Positions 35,505 through 46,742 of a stretch of 64,000 bases of DNA are shown here, one piece after another. The translations under genes were made by a program, and so were the position numbers. This DNA comes from Cyanophora paradoxa CCMP329 (taxonomy: Eukaryota > Plantae > Glaucophyta), in NCBI GenBank assembly GCA_004431415.1, contig QPMI01000288.1, forward strand, positions 3,756 to 67,755, in the 5' to 3' direction. Under the pieces are notes generated by a model. It ran no database searches. It saw only the letters and a program-made list of their open reading frames with translations, and was not told the origin of the DNA. The first letter of the stretch is position 1, and every line of letters starts with the position of its first letter.

Positions 35505-36580
35505 CTACAGGGTGCCCATGGAGCACGCGGAGCGCGGGCTGGACTCCGAGCAGGGGCTCTCCTCCCCGCCGGCGCCCCCGCGCGGCGTGGCCGGCATGCT
35601 GTGGCACGCGAGGCCGGCGTCGGGGACCGCGAGGAGGCCGCCGAGGCCGTTCGCGGCCGCCCCGACGGCGGCGAGGTCGGCGTCGCGCTCGCGCTCGGGG
35701 CCGGCCTCGGCGCGGGGGGCGACGAGGGTCCCCCGGCGCTTGATGGCGGCGAGGCGGTGCTCGGACTGGCGCCGCCCGCGCTCCTCCCAGAGCGCCCGCT
35801 GCTTCGCCACCGTCGCCGGCGAGAGGATCCCCGAGTTCTTGCGCGGCAGGCCCAGCGTGTTCCGCCGCCGCGAGCCCGAGTTGCTGCCGCTGCCGCCGTC
35901 GGGCCCGCCGCTCGCCGAGCTCCCGCACGTGCTGTCCCGCTCGCGCTCCCGCTCCCGCTCGCGCTCCTCGTCCTCGGGGGAAAGCTTGAAGACGAGGCTG
36001 GGGACGCGCTTCGGCGCCAGGCGCGCGGGGAGGGCCGAGGCGGGGGACACGGCCGCCCCCGCCGCCACGAGGTCGGCGAGGGACTGCGGGCGCGGCTGCT
36101 GCGATCCCGAGCGCGAGCCCGAGGGGGCCGGGGCCGGCGCGGGGGAGGCGGCGGCGGGCGGCTCGGGGGCGGAGGGCGGGGCGAGGGAGAAGGCGGAGGC
36201 GGCGGAGTCGCAGGGGCTGTCGAGCCTGTGCACGCCCGGGACGATGACCGCCGCGTCGCTCTCCCCCGAGCTGTCCAGCTTGCGCACCCCGGGCTCGAGC
36301 CCCAGGCTGCCCCGCCGCGCCCCCGCCCCCATCGACCCCTCCGTCCCGAAGCTCGACCGCCGGTTGCCTGCGTGCGACGAGGCCGACGTCGCCATCGGGA
36401 GCGGTGGCTCCCCCGGCCCGCCGCCTGTGCCGGCGCTCCCCAGGCTCAGCGCCATCGCCACCCCCGCCCGCGCCTCCTCCGAGAGATCGGGCAGCGCCGG
36501 CCGCGGGCTCAGCGGCGGCGTCCCGCCGCCGCAGCCGCTGCGCGCGCCTCGGCCTCCGCCTCCTCCTCGGCCTCGGCGGC

Positions 36581-36612
<32 letters not shown>

Positions 36613-38960
36613 CGAACTCGTCCGAGTCGTCGATGTAGTAGAGCGCGCCGTCGTCGCCCTCGACCCAGCGCCCGCGCCCGCGCGAGCCTGCCGCCGCGGC
36701 AGGTGGCACGCCGGCCCAGCGTCCGCGCGCTCTGCTCCTCCTCCGCGTGCGTCAGCGCCGCCGCGAGCCGCCGCAGCGCCCCCTCCATCTCCGCCATGCT
36801 CGCCGCGCTGCGGGCGGGGCCGCTGAGCTCCCGCGCCCCCCCTCCCCCCGCGCTCCCTTGCGCGCACCTGAAGGCGGCCCGCACGAAGGGCGACGGCTGC
36901 CCCGACGGCGAGCAGGCGCGGCCCGGCAGCTGCGCGACGGCATCGCGTTGGTAAGAAAGGACGCCGAGGCGCCGAGGCGGCGGGGCGGGGCGGGGCGGGG
37001 CGGGGGCGCACGAGGACGACGCCGTGGGCGCGGCGGGCCTCCTCGAGCAGCGGCCCCGAGTCCTCCACCCCTTCCAGCTGCCCCCGCCTCAGCGCGAGAG
37101 AAGAGGAGGAGCAGGAGGCGGCGCCCCCTCCCCACCTTGATCCAGAAGAAGAGGCCCCCGACGGGGGCGCGCCACGAGGCGAGGCCCGTCAGGTGCTTCT
37201 CGCAGATCGCGTCGAACGTGTCCCGCCGCTTCCGGTACTCCTCCTGCACGCACCTGTACCCCCCGCTCACGGCCCGTGGAGCGCGGGGCGGGGAGGAGGA
37301 GCGCGGGGGCACCGGATCTGCTGGAGCCAGCCGGAGGGGCCCCAGCGGTTGAGGAGGGCGGCGGCGACGACCTGGCTCACCCCCGAGGCGTGCATCGTCG
37401 AGGCCTGCCGCCGCGCCCGCCCCGCCCCCGCTCAGCCCGGGGCCCGACAGCAGCTCGGCCGGGGTCGAGGCGCGCCTGCTGGTGCGCCAGCACCCGCTCC
37501 ATGATCTCCCGCGGGCCCGTCGCCCACCCGAGGCGCAAACCTGCGCCGGCGCCGCCAGGTCGGAGGGGGGCCCCTTCTGCTCCCCCCAACCCGCGATCAA
37601 GGGCGGGGTACCGGGTGCGAAGACGAAGGAGAGGGAGTCGATGCGGACGACGCGGCCGGCCGTGTCGAGGGAGAGGAGGCTCGGCAGCTCCGACAGCTGC
37701 TCCGAATCTGGGGGGGGACGCTCGGAGGGGGCGGGATGGAGCGGCGGCGGGGGGGCGGGCGGGCACCGAAGGGGAGGTCGAGCTGGAGGAAGTAGTAGGG
37801 GTCGTCCTCGATCACCAGCAGGTCGTACCTGCGCCCGCATCAGCGGAGGGGGGTGGGGGGGATGGCAGCGGGGGTACGGGCGCACCGGGAGGCGACCTCG
37901 AGGAGGGTGAAGCGGCGCTCGAAGGAGAGGGAGCGCCCCGTCGGGTTCTGCGCCGTCGGGCAGCAGTAGAGCACGCGGGGCAGGGGGCCCTGCGCCCCCG
38001 GCTCGAAGAGGGAGGGGGCGGGGGGCGGGGGCGGGGGCGGGGGCGGGGGGCGGGCCTCGCTCCAGGTGCCCAGCATGCGGTCCAGCTCGTCCACGTCCAT
38101 CCCGTCCTTGTCGCAGCGCACCCCTGCGCCCCCGTCGCGCCCCGTCCCCGCCCCGCCGCCCCGCCCCGCCGCCCCGCCCCGCCGCGAGCCCCCCGCACCG
38201 TGGATCTTGCAGCCGAGCGGCCGAAGGGCGGAGAGGGCCCCGGGGTACGTCTGCGGGGCGGGCGGAGTGGGTTGGGGGCGGGCCTCCCCGGGGGCGGGGG
38301 GTGTGGGGGTGTAGGGGGGGTACGGCGCACGGGATCCTCAACAAGAACCGAGTCCCCCTCGTCGATCAGAGCGTCAAACACCTTGCTCAGCGCGTCCAGG
38401 CTGTGGAGCGCAGCCGGGCGCTCAGAGCGGGTCGAGGGCCAAACGCGCCCCGGGCGGGGGTAGGGGCGGGGCGGGCGGGCGGGGCGCGCCTGCCGTCCGT
38501 GACGGCGATGCGGGCCTGGCCGCGCCCGCTGCGCTCGGCGAGTCCGTGCTCGCTCCGCATGAGGCCCTCGATCCAGGAGAGGAGCGCGGGGAGGCCCGCC
38601 GACGCCGAGTACTGCAGCGCCTGCGCCGGCGTGTGGGCGGCCGGCACCGCGAGCCTTGCGCGAGCGCCCCGGTGGCACGCGCGAAGGACGAACCGCGTCC
38701 AGCTCCCTCAGAGAGAGCGTGATGATCTCGTCGTCGACAGTCGTGAAGGAGAGGCCGGTCACCGGGAACGTGTCGGGCTGCGGAAGGCCTGCCGCCAGCG
38801 AGACCAAGTTCTCGGCCTCCGCAATCTCGTGCGCGGCCTGCGCAGGCGCGCGTGCCCACCGGTGAGCCGCGCCGACACGCTTAGGAGGCCGGGGCCGAAC
38901 CACTATGGCTGACGGCTCCCTCCGCTTCGCCCTCCTTGAAAGGAACCGATCGTATTCCAT
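35505..38960 (-). CDS. AADAT/KAT-II (Aro8-like) class I aminotransferase homolog lacking the catalytic Lys, with a long disordered C-terminal extension
   Basis: MEYDRFLSRRAKRREPSAI, SLAAGLPQPDTFP, ALQYS..GLP, LIDEGDSVLVEDP|TYPGAL, PTAQNPTG, YDLLVIEDDPYYFL, RIDSLSFVFAPG|LRLGW, RAPVGGLFFWIK, FVRAAFS; the frame stays open to a stop at 35505. Confidence 0.85.
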
Positions 38961-39372
38961 GATGCAGACCTTCTACTTTCTGAAGCTAGATGCTGCTCCG
39001 GGCGCCCGCGGGGATTGCCCGCGGCCGGGCGATTCGAACGCTGAGGGCGGATAGGCGCGGACTGTAAGCTCGACTGACGACTGGTCTGTGCTGAAGCTGG
39101 TGCAGGGCCGCCGGGCTGGCGGGCTTCCTTGTCCTTCCGTGATCCTCGACAGCGGACCCTCCAGTGCTCGAAGTGATTTGTGGTCTGTGCTGCGAAGGCT
39201 CGAAGCGCGTCTAGCGCGGCGGATCGAACGGCTTGCCACTCTGGCACCGTACCCCCCTCACTCCCGGCTCTTTCTTCACTTCCGCTCTGGCCTCTGTGCT
39301 AAGTTTCTCTTAGCTCTTTCTTCTTAGCTGGCCTCTGTGCTTCGATATCGGCTGCGCGTGCAGCTTGGGCGC

Positions 39373-40787
39373 ATGAGCGTCTCGAACGAGCCGGCGGAGC
39401 TCTTGCGGTCTCTGTTTGATTGCCACAACCATGTATGCGAGCTCGCCGCTTCATGCCGCGGGCGCTTACCGCACCCTGCAGATCATCGACGATGGCGCAG
39501 GTGCGTGTACACGCGACCACCTTCCACCAGGCCCACGCCGAGCACCGGCGCGGCAGAGGCCCTCGCCGGCATTGAGGCAATTGCCTGCCGTCGGATGTGT
39601 GTGATGAGCTGCCGTCCCTCGGATTTCGCTTCGACCGCGCGCCTCGCCGCTGCTCACGGAGAGCGGATAGTTCCTGGTCCGTTCGTAAAAGAAAGACGCT
39701 AGCCTGCATCCTTCTGAGCCGTCCGGCGCTCGCGCAGCCTTCGGAGTGCATCCCTGGTTCGCGCACACTCTGCGGCCCGGCGACCCGGACGCAGTCGACG
39801 CGAGCACGCTCGCGGAGTGGGATTCGATGCTCCGCGGCGCGCTCGCCGCCAACCCCCGCGCGATCGTCGGAGGCGCGCCCTCGCGGCCCGGGCCCCGGCG
39901 CCCCGCACGCGCCGCCTCACGCGCCGGGGCGGGGCGGGCAGAGATCGGGCTGGATAAGGCGGCGAAGATCCCGGGGCGGGGAGAGTGCGACTTCGCGCAG
40001 CAGCTCGCCGTCTTCCGCAGGCAGCTCGCCATCGCCGCGGCGCGCTTCCCGCCCGCTTCGCATTCGCGCGCGCTAGAATCTGATCTGGGGCGCAGGAGCT
40101 GCGCCGCCCCGTCAGCATGCACTGTGTCCGCGCGATGGGGCCGGCCACCGAAGTCCTTCGCGAGCTCGCGGCCCGGGGCCAGCTGCCCCCGCGCGTCATG
40201 TTCCACAGCTACACCGGTACCCCCTGACCCCTGCGCCCTTTCTCCTTTCCCCCATCCTTCCCCCAACCCGGTACCCCACAGGCTCCCCAGACGCGGTAAA
40301 CCAGCTCCGAAAGATCAGCCGGGCCGCTGAGGAGCGCTTCTATTTCAGCTTCTCGGAGGTAGCATACCCTCCCGGGCGCCCCCTTTCCCCCTCCCCCCCC
40401 CCCCTCCCCCCAAAGAAAATGTTTGAGCTTAGCTTGGCAAGCCGGGAGGCAGGCATCGCCCTCCGGGTGCGAGGCAGCGCGAGGGCTCTCACCCGGCGGC
40501 CCCGGCAGGCGCTGAACGGGCGGAGCGGGAAGGGGGCGGCGGCGGTGGCGGCGGTGCCCGACGACCGCCTCCTCATCGAGTCCGACCTGCACCGCACCCC
40601 CGCCATCGACCCCGCCATGGTCCTTTCATTCGCGCTTCGATCGAGCTCAGTGCCGGTCGAGGCCGACGCGGCGCGGGGCGCGCAGGCCGGCTCCCTGCGC
40701 CTCGTGGCGGAGGCCAAGGGCTGGAGCCTCGCCGAGGCGGCGCGCCGCACGCGGGAGAACGCAGAGCGCTTCTTCGCCTGGGACTAG
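39373..40787 (+). CDS. tatD: TatD-family metal-dependent DNase
   Basis: FDCHNH, FGVHPWF, IVG|EIGLDK, QLAVFRRQL, PVSMHCVRA, MFHSYTG|S, FYFSFS, RLLIESD, TRENAERFF. Confidence 0.93.
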
Positions 40788-41006
40788 CTGCAGCCCGCGC
40801 TCCTCCCGAGCTGTACAGTTTGTTTCAAGGTTCCATGTGCCACTAGTCCTATAGCTACAACTGTTGACACCATGGCCAGGGAGGTCAGCTGGTGAGCCTT
40901 CGTTCTTCCAAGAATACAATCGATATATCGATACGGGAGGGAGCGGGAATTCGAAGAGGCGGGCGGATCGGGATGGCGGGGGGCTGTTGGGTGCCGGTGG
41001 AGGGGG

Positions 41007-42001
41007 CTACTGGGTGCCGGTGAGGCGCCTCAAGCAGGAGATCGCCTGAGGCATGTGCTCCTTGGCGTTGATCAGGGCATTGAACGCCAGCTGGACCTTG
41101 CCCGACTTGTCCACGACGTACGTCACACGCTCCGTCGTCAGCCTGGCGGGGTGCCGCATCAGAAGTGCGGGGCAGCGGGGGCCGGCGGGGGGTACGGCCT
41201 CACCCGAGCATGGCAGAGCCGACTTTGAACTGCTTGTGCAGCTCCTTGTTCTGGTCGCAGAGGAGCCGGAAGGGGAGGCTGTGCTTCGTCTGCCGCGGCC
41301 GTCGGCACGGCGCACCTTGGCGGGCGGGACGGGTACCACGGACCTGGAACTCGGCGTTCTTCTCTGGCGAGTCGCGGCTGACACCGAAAACCTGCAAGGG
41401 CGTCTCGGGGCGCGTCGGGGCGCAGAGTGGGCTTGGGCGCGCCTCGGCCTTGAGGGGCTTGAATGCGCCGATGCTGTCGCGGAAGCTGCAGGCCTGCTGG
41501 GTGCAACCTGCTTTGCATCAGGCGTTGCAACAAAAAGCGCATAGGAAGGAAGACAGGCCCGTAGTCATGGCTTTCGGGTAGAAAAATAGGACCAAGAAGT
41601 CGACGTTGGGGCGCGAGAGGACCTCCGAGAGGGTCACGGGCTGGCCCGTGCTGTCCGGGACAGTGCTGCGCATCCAGGCGGCCCGTTCAGCATGGGGCTG
41701 CACGTGCAGCGGGGCGCGCGCATAGAATCCGACGCGCGGGGCCGCGCAGAGCCTTTCAGGAAGACAATCGATTAATCCGGATCCGGCACGGGTGCTCAGC
41801 GCGGCGCGCGCGGCCCGGCCGAATCGGAGCCGGGTTTCGGGTGGGGCGTTCGAGAAGCAGCGGCGGGGCGGGCGGGGGCATTCTGGACGCATACACGCGC
41901 ATTCTAGCTGCAGGCATTCTAGATGCGGGCATTCTAGATGCGGGCCGGTGCGGGGCTTCGCACATGTTCAGCGGGGCTTGCTCGCCGACATGCAGAACCA
42001 T
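41007..42001 (-). CDS. bcp: Peroxiredoxin BCP/PrxQ
   Basis: MVLHVGEQAPLNI|TVPDSTGQPVTLSE..VLFFYPKAMTTG|CTQQACSFRD, VFGVSRDS, LPFRLLCD, ERVTYVVDKSGKV; CxxxxC resolving-Cys type; no obvious transit peptide. Confidence 0.93.
41878..41946. repeat. 15-nt tandem repeat GCATTCTAGATGCGG (3-4 copies) in PrxQ intron 1
   Basis: gcattctggacgc..gcattctagctgcag gcattctagatgcgg gcattctagatgcgg; each unit is near-palindromic. Confidence 0.8.
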
Positions 42002-42130
42002 GTTTGAATTTTTTACTAAGCCGGCTGATGCACGACACGGATTTCTGATGCGCGTGCTTCGCGATGTCGTGACTGTCGTATGCCGTACCCGGGCAGCCTC
42101 AGGTCTCTGCATTCCTGCTGTAATCCTGCG

Positions 42131-43837
42131 ATGGTTGGCACCAGCACCGCGAGCGGGAGCGATGCGTGCGCGGGGAGCGAGGAGCTGGACGCGCTCTTGC
42201 GAATGATCGAGGCGGTCGCGGTGGAAGCAGCCCAGTGCGTTCCCCGGCCACTTGCTTGCTCCAGCGGCGTCAAAGCCTCGATTCGCAAGCTGATTCCGCT
42301 CCCGCCCTACCCCAGGGAGGCCGGCAACTACTTCCTCACGCGCTGCGGCAGGTGCTAGCTAGCGCGAGTTACGGGCTGCCCTCCTCGCCGCGCGTAGCCG
42401 ATCATGCTGGGCGAGCGGTTGTGCTGACGCTCACCGCTCACAGCACCGCGGCGCAGTCGAACAAGAACCCGGTCGATATCGTGCGCGCGCGCCCACGCCT
42501 CTCCCTTTGCCGCGCTGGCGAGCGAGGCGGCGCGCAGGTGACGGAGGTGGACCAGCATAGCGAAAAGATCATCAGGGGGCACATAGCGAGGGCATTCCCG
42601 CACCACGCGGTGCTCGGGGAGGAGGGCGTAGAGCCTGGCGCCGCCGCCGCGAGTAAGCCTGCCGCACCCGCCCCGTCCCGCCCCGCCCCGCCCGATCCGA
42701 CTGCCCCCGGTCCGCAGCGCGGGCGCTTCAGGGGGTGAGCGATGCGGAGTGGCTCTGGGTGGTCGACCCACTGGCGAGCCGCCCCGCCCTGCTCGAGCTC
42801 GCCCGGCGTACCCCCCTTCGCCGCTAACCCCCCTCCAGGACGGGACGCTGAACTTCGTGCACGGGATGGACCTGTACGTCGTCTCGATCGCCGTCGCCCA
42901 CCGCGGGGCCGTTGTGGTCCACGAGCCCCTCCCCCCTCCCCCCCCCCCCCCCCCCCTCCCCTTCCCTCCTCTGTCTAGTTCGAGTACGGGGCCGGCCGGT
43001 CCGGGCGGGGCGCAGGTGGGCGTGATTTACGACCCGCACCGGAAAGAGACCTTCACGGCGCGGCGCGGCGGCGGCGCCTTCCTCAACGGCACGCGCATCG
43101 CTGTACCCCGCACGGACTCCCTCCTCCAGGTCCCCCGACAAAAACTTCCAGGAGCTCAGAGGCTCAAATCTGACTCAAATTTCTGCAGTCGATCCTGGCG
43201 GTGGGGTTCCCCAGTGACCACCTCCGCATGCGCCCCGCCATGTGGTGAGGCCGGCCGCGCCGTACCCGCGCCACCTCGCATGGCGCGACCGGCTAGCTTT
43301 CCACAAGACCTGTAGCGCTCCACGCGCCCCGCCCACGCCCTCGCAGCCGGGGCATATCAGAACTCGCGCCCCGCACGCGCTCCCTCCGCTGCACAGGTGC
43401 CCCTCCTCGTGCTTGTGCCCCGCTTCTTGTCGGCCTTTCTTTGAGCGGTCGCGTGCGCAGGCTCGGCGTGCGTGCACCTCAGCTGGCTCGCCTGCGGGCG
43501 CATCACCGCCTTCTGGGAGGCTCGTGCACCCCCTCCCCGCGGCCTCCTGGAGCCCCGTCGCGACGGCGGGGCCAGGTGGATTTGAATGCGTGGGACATCG
43601 CTGCGGGGTCGCTGCTGGTGCAGGAGGCGGGGGGCACGGTCACCGACACGCGCGGGGAGCCGTACAGGTGCCCTCCTCATCCCCGTCCCCGCCGCCGCCG
43701 CTTCCCGCTGGCCTCAGGGGGCGGGCAGCCTGAGGGTGCGGCACGTGCTGGCGTCGAACGGGCGCATACACGGGGAGCTCGTGGGGGCCCTCGCCGCCGC
43801 CCGCGCCACGGGCTTCGAGGAGGCCGCCCCCACATAG
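42131..43837 (+). CDS. Inositol monophosphatase family protein (SuhB/IMPL-like); start may be 42080
   Basis: DI|[23 protein letters not shown]|[57 protein letters not shown]. Confidence 0.93.
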
Positions 43838-44161
43838 CACCGCCCCCGCCCCCACGCCCATCCTGCCCGCCTCCGTGCAGCTCCTCGCTCAGTTCCAGGG
43901 TTTGTACATGTGTTTCTATGCAGCGCAGTTTGAATGCTCTCGAGGAGCAGCTCTAGTACCGAGCGAAGGCCTACACTGTCGATGAGGGTCCTCAAGGGTC
44001 CTGCCTTACGAGTTCATATCCAGACCCATAGCTAGCTAAAGAGCGCGTTAAATCGTGAGCTTGTCGACGTCCAAATCGAAGCTGAAGCTTATCGATATCT
44101 AGATCTGTACATACAATTCGCTGCCGTGGCCGGAGTTCAACGGTTCGACGTCGACTGCTGT

Positions 44162-46250
44162 TCAGAGCTCGGGGCGGTTGGGGGCCGAGGGAGCGGGTCG
44201 GAGGCCCCCAGGGGGACGCGCCAGGAGGGCGCGCGGGGCGAGGCTGCACGCCAGCATCACTGGGCTGCCGGCGGGGGCCACTCCGGGCGTCAGCAAAGCG
44301 CGTCGGCGCCCTCAACTCCGATATCGAATTTAATATTCGAGCTTCGGGCTTCGGGCTTCAGCGGTTGCGCGACAAGGTTGACTCGAGCCTGGAGCTCGTG
44401 CACGCGCCTTATGTCTGCGTCGCGGAGGAGCACGGCGTCCTTTGCCAGCCAGAAGCCGTGCAGCTCCTCCTGTACACGTCGTTGATCATGACATAAAATT
44501 CAAAACGCGCCCGCGGATCGGCGATATCGATCAAGCGCCAAGGTCGCGATCGATATCGATAGATGAATTTCACACCACGCGGGTCCGCCAGGCCTCGCCG
44601 GCGGCGGAAGGGTTCGCTTGCGCCCCGATTGTCGTCCCGAACTCGCCTTCGAATCCCGGTCCGATGTCGATCAATCGCGAAGTCAATATTTTCAGAGCTC
44701 GAGCAAAATCCAATGCAAGCGAAAATTAGCTTCAAAGAAATCTCATTGCGCGCTCACGGAAGGCGAGGCGGCGGCCGGGGGAGCCCTGAAAAACTCCCAC
44801 GTTCCAGGCGAGCTCTGCCCGCGGAAGCAACGATTGCAATAAGAAGTCTCCATTATTAAATTAAATTTGATCGAGGCGACTCGATCCGTCTCTCACCGAG
44901 GGAGGAGGCGGCCGAGGAGGCGAGGGAGCGCGCCCAGGGCTCGTCCGGGTAAAAATGCGCCAGCCTGCTGATCATGAGCCCGAGGAGCTCATGATCATGA
45001 TCGCATCTGAATCTAAATAGCTAGATATGACCCCCGGGTCCCTAGCCCAAGGCCTTGGCGTAGAGCCGCGGAGCCGCGAGCCGAATGCATTAACTCTGGA
45101 ATCAATGTTGGCGGGCACCAGAGGCTCTCGCCGAGGTCGAGGGGGTCGAGGCTCGAGCGCCCCCGCGCCCGCTGCGCCTTGGCCGCCACCGCGCGCTGCA
45201 TCGCCGCCACCTGCGCCCCCAACACCTGCGTCCGACGGTCGACGTCGTGCAGCGCGTGGCCAGCGTCGGTGGGGTGATCGATAGCTGTAGGGGCCTGCGC
45301 TGGCAATGCAGCTGCTGATGCTGCACGTGAGCTTAAGCTTCGAGGCTCACATCCCTTTCGCCTGATGCTTCGCGGAGTGACCGGTAGATCACCAGGCTGC
45401 GTCCGAAAATTCGATACCGATTCGCGATACAGTTACTTTTCAAGCTGCGCGTGCGGAAAGAAGATTTTCACCAGTCGAATGGATCTAGATTGCCCTCGGA
45501 GCGAACTTCTGGCCGCTTCAAGTCGATGTCCATTCTGCCGGGGCCCCGCGCGCGGGCCCGTTGGGGGACGTCGAATGAATTTTGAAGCAAAAGGAATTGA
45601 ACGCCACTTCCAGAACGTGCGAGGCAGATCAGGAGAGGAGCGATGGTCAAGAAATCCCGCGTGCGATGCCTGCGTTTTTGGTGGGATTAATTATATAGAA
45701 GACAGATCGATCACTTAAGATTTGGAGGCATGCCTTCGCGAGGTCGATCGCCATGCTCAAATACCGCTTCTCTCCGAATACCTCGCTCATTCTCAGTAAG
45801 GCCAGGCACCACTGCGATCCGGGAAATTCAATGTAACGCGGCGTCGGGAATCGTATTTAATTTCGCCGACGAATTTCGCGCCTTCGTGTTGTAGTGCAAA
45901 TATTGTCCGTCGCCGTCCTCGGTGCCGGGTGGGTCCTCCTTGCCAATCCGGAGCCCCGCGAGCGTCGGGCGCTCCACCGTCGCCTGCCCTAGGCGGTGCG
46001 CGCCGTCGCGCGAGCGCCCGAGGACGTCGTGGACCTCGCGAACGATCGCGGCCGCGCGCTCGAGGTACGCCGCCTCCCCCGTCGCGTCCCAGAGGCTGAG
46101 GTGAGCAAGCACTCCATGCGCGTCGGTCCAGAGGTACCGCCCGCCTCCCGTGTTCGCGAAGGGCGCCGGCTTCCACCCGCCGCTCGCGCCCTTCCCGTAC
46201 GCGCGCTCCAGCAGCGCGGCCGCCGCCGCAAGCTTTTCTTTCTCACGCAT
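44162..46250 (-). CDS. Uncharacterised RYLWTDA / GLRIGK-DGQYxHY family protein (11 exons)
   Basis: GRYLWTDAHGV, VHDVLGRSRDG, GLRIGK..DGDGQYLHYNTK|WCLAL, FWK|MDIDL..SEGNLDPFD, DPLDLGESLW|LAHFYPDEPWA, RRLAF|REFGTTIG, DIS|PVMLACSLAP; all junctions are phase-consistent. Confidence 0.85.
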
Positions 46251-46742
46251 GCTCAATTTCTGATCGCCACGGCGTTGCCGGGCGCCAGCTCCGATCCTCT
46301 CCTCAATTAAGCTTCCTAGGCCTCGAGCTGTCGTTGCATATCCCCCCAGCCCACTAGCTATAGCTCCCGGCGCTTGAGGCCGAAGCTTGAAGTCGGCTCT
46401 TGAGGCTGAAGCTTGAAGCTTGGACGTCGACGTCGACTGGAGAATTCTAATTCCAATTCACTCCGCGAATTAAGGCAAGACAACAAATCATTCACTCTAA
46501 TGGGAAAGCTCAAATAATTAAATAGGAAAGACAACAAGTTAAAATCTATACAGACTGAGAATTGCAATCTATGTACACTCAAGATCCAGATCTCCGGCCC
46601 GAAAGCTACACTCCAGCGCTAGCGAGTGGACATGGTCTCGTTAATTTAAACGTTCCGCAAAAACTAGTTTTGGATATGTAACACTCAATGATATAGCTAG
46701 CCGCTTGTGAACATCGATATCACGTACCACGATCAAATGCAC

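Noticed and set aside
33489-43837. Prokaryotic operon or recent HGT island (minE, tatD, bcp, suhB-like, aminotransferase)
   Set aside because: All carry host-type introns, alternate strands and share no pathway; these families are common in algae.
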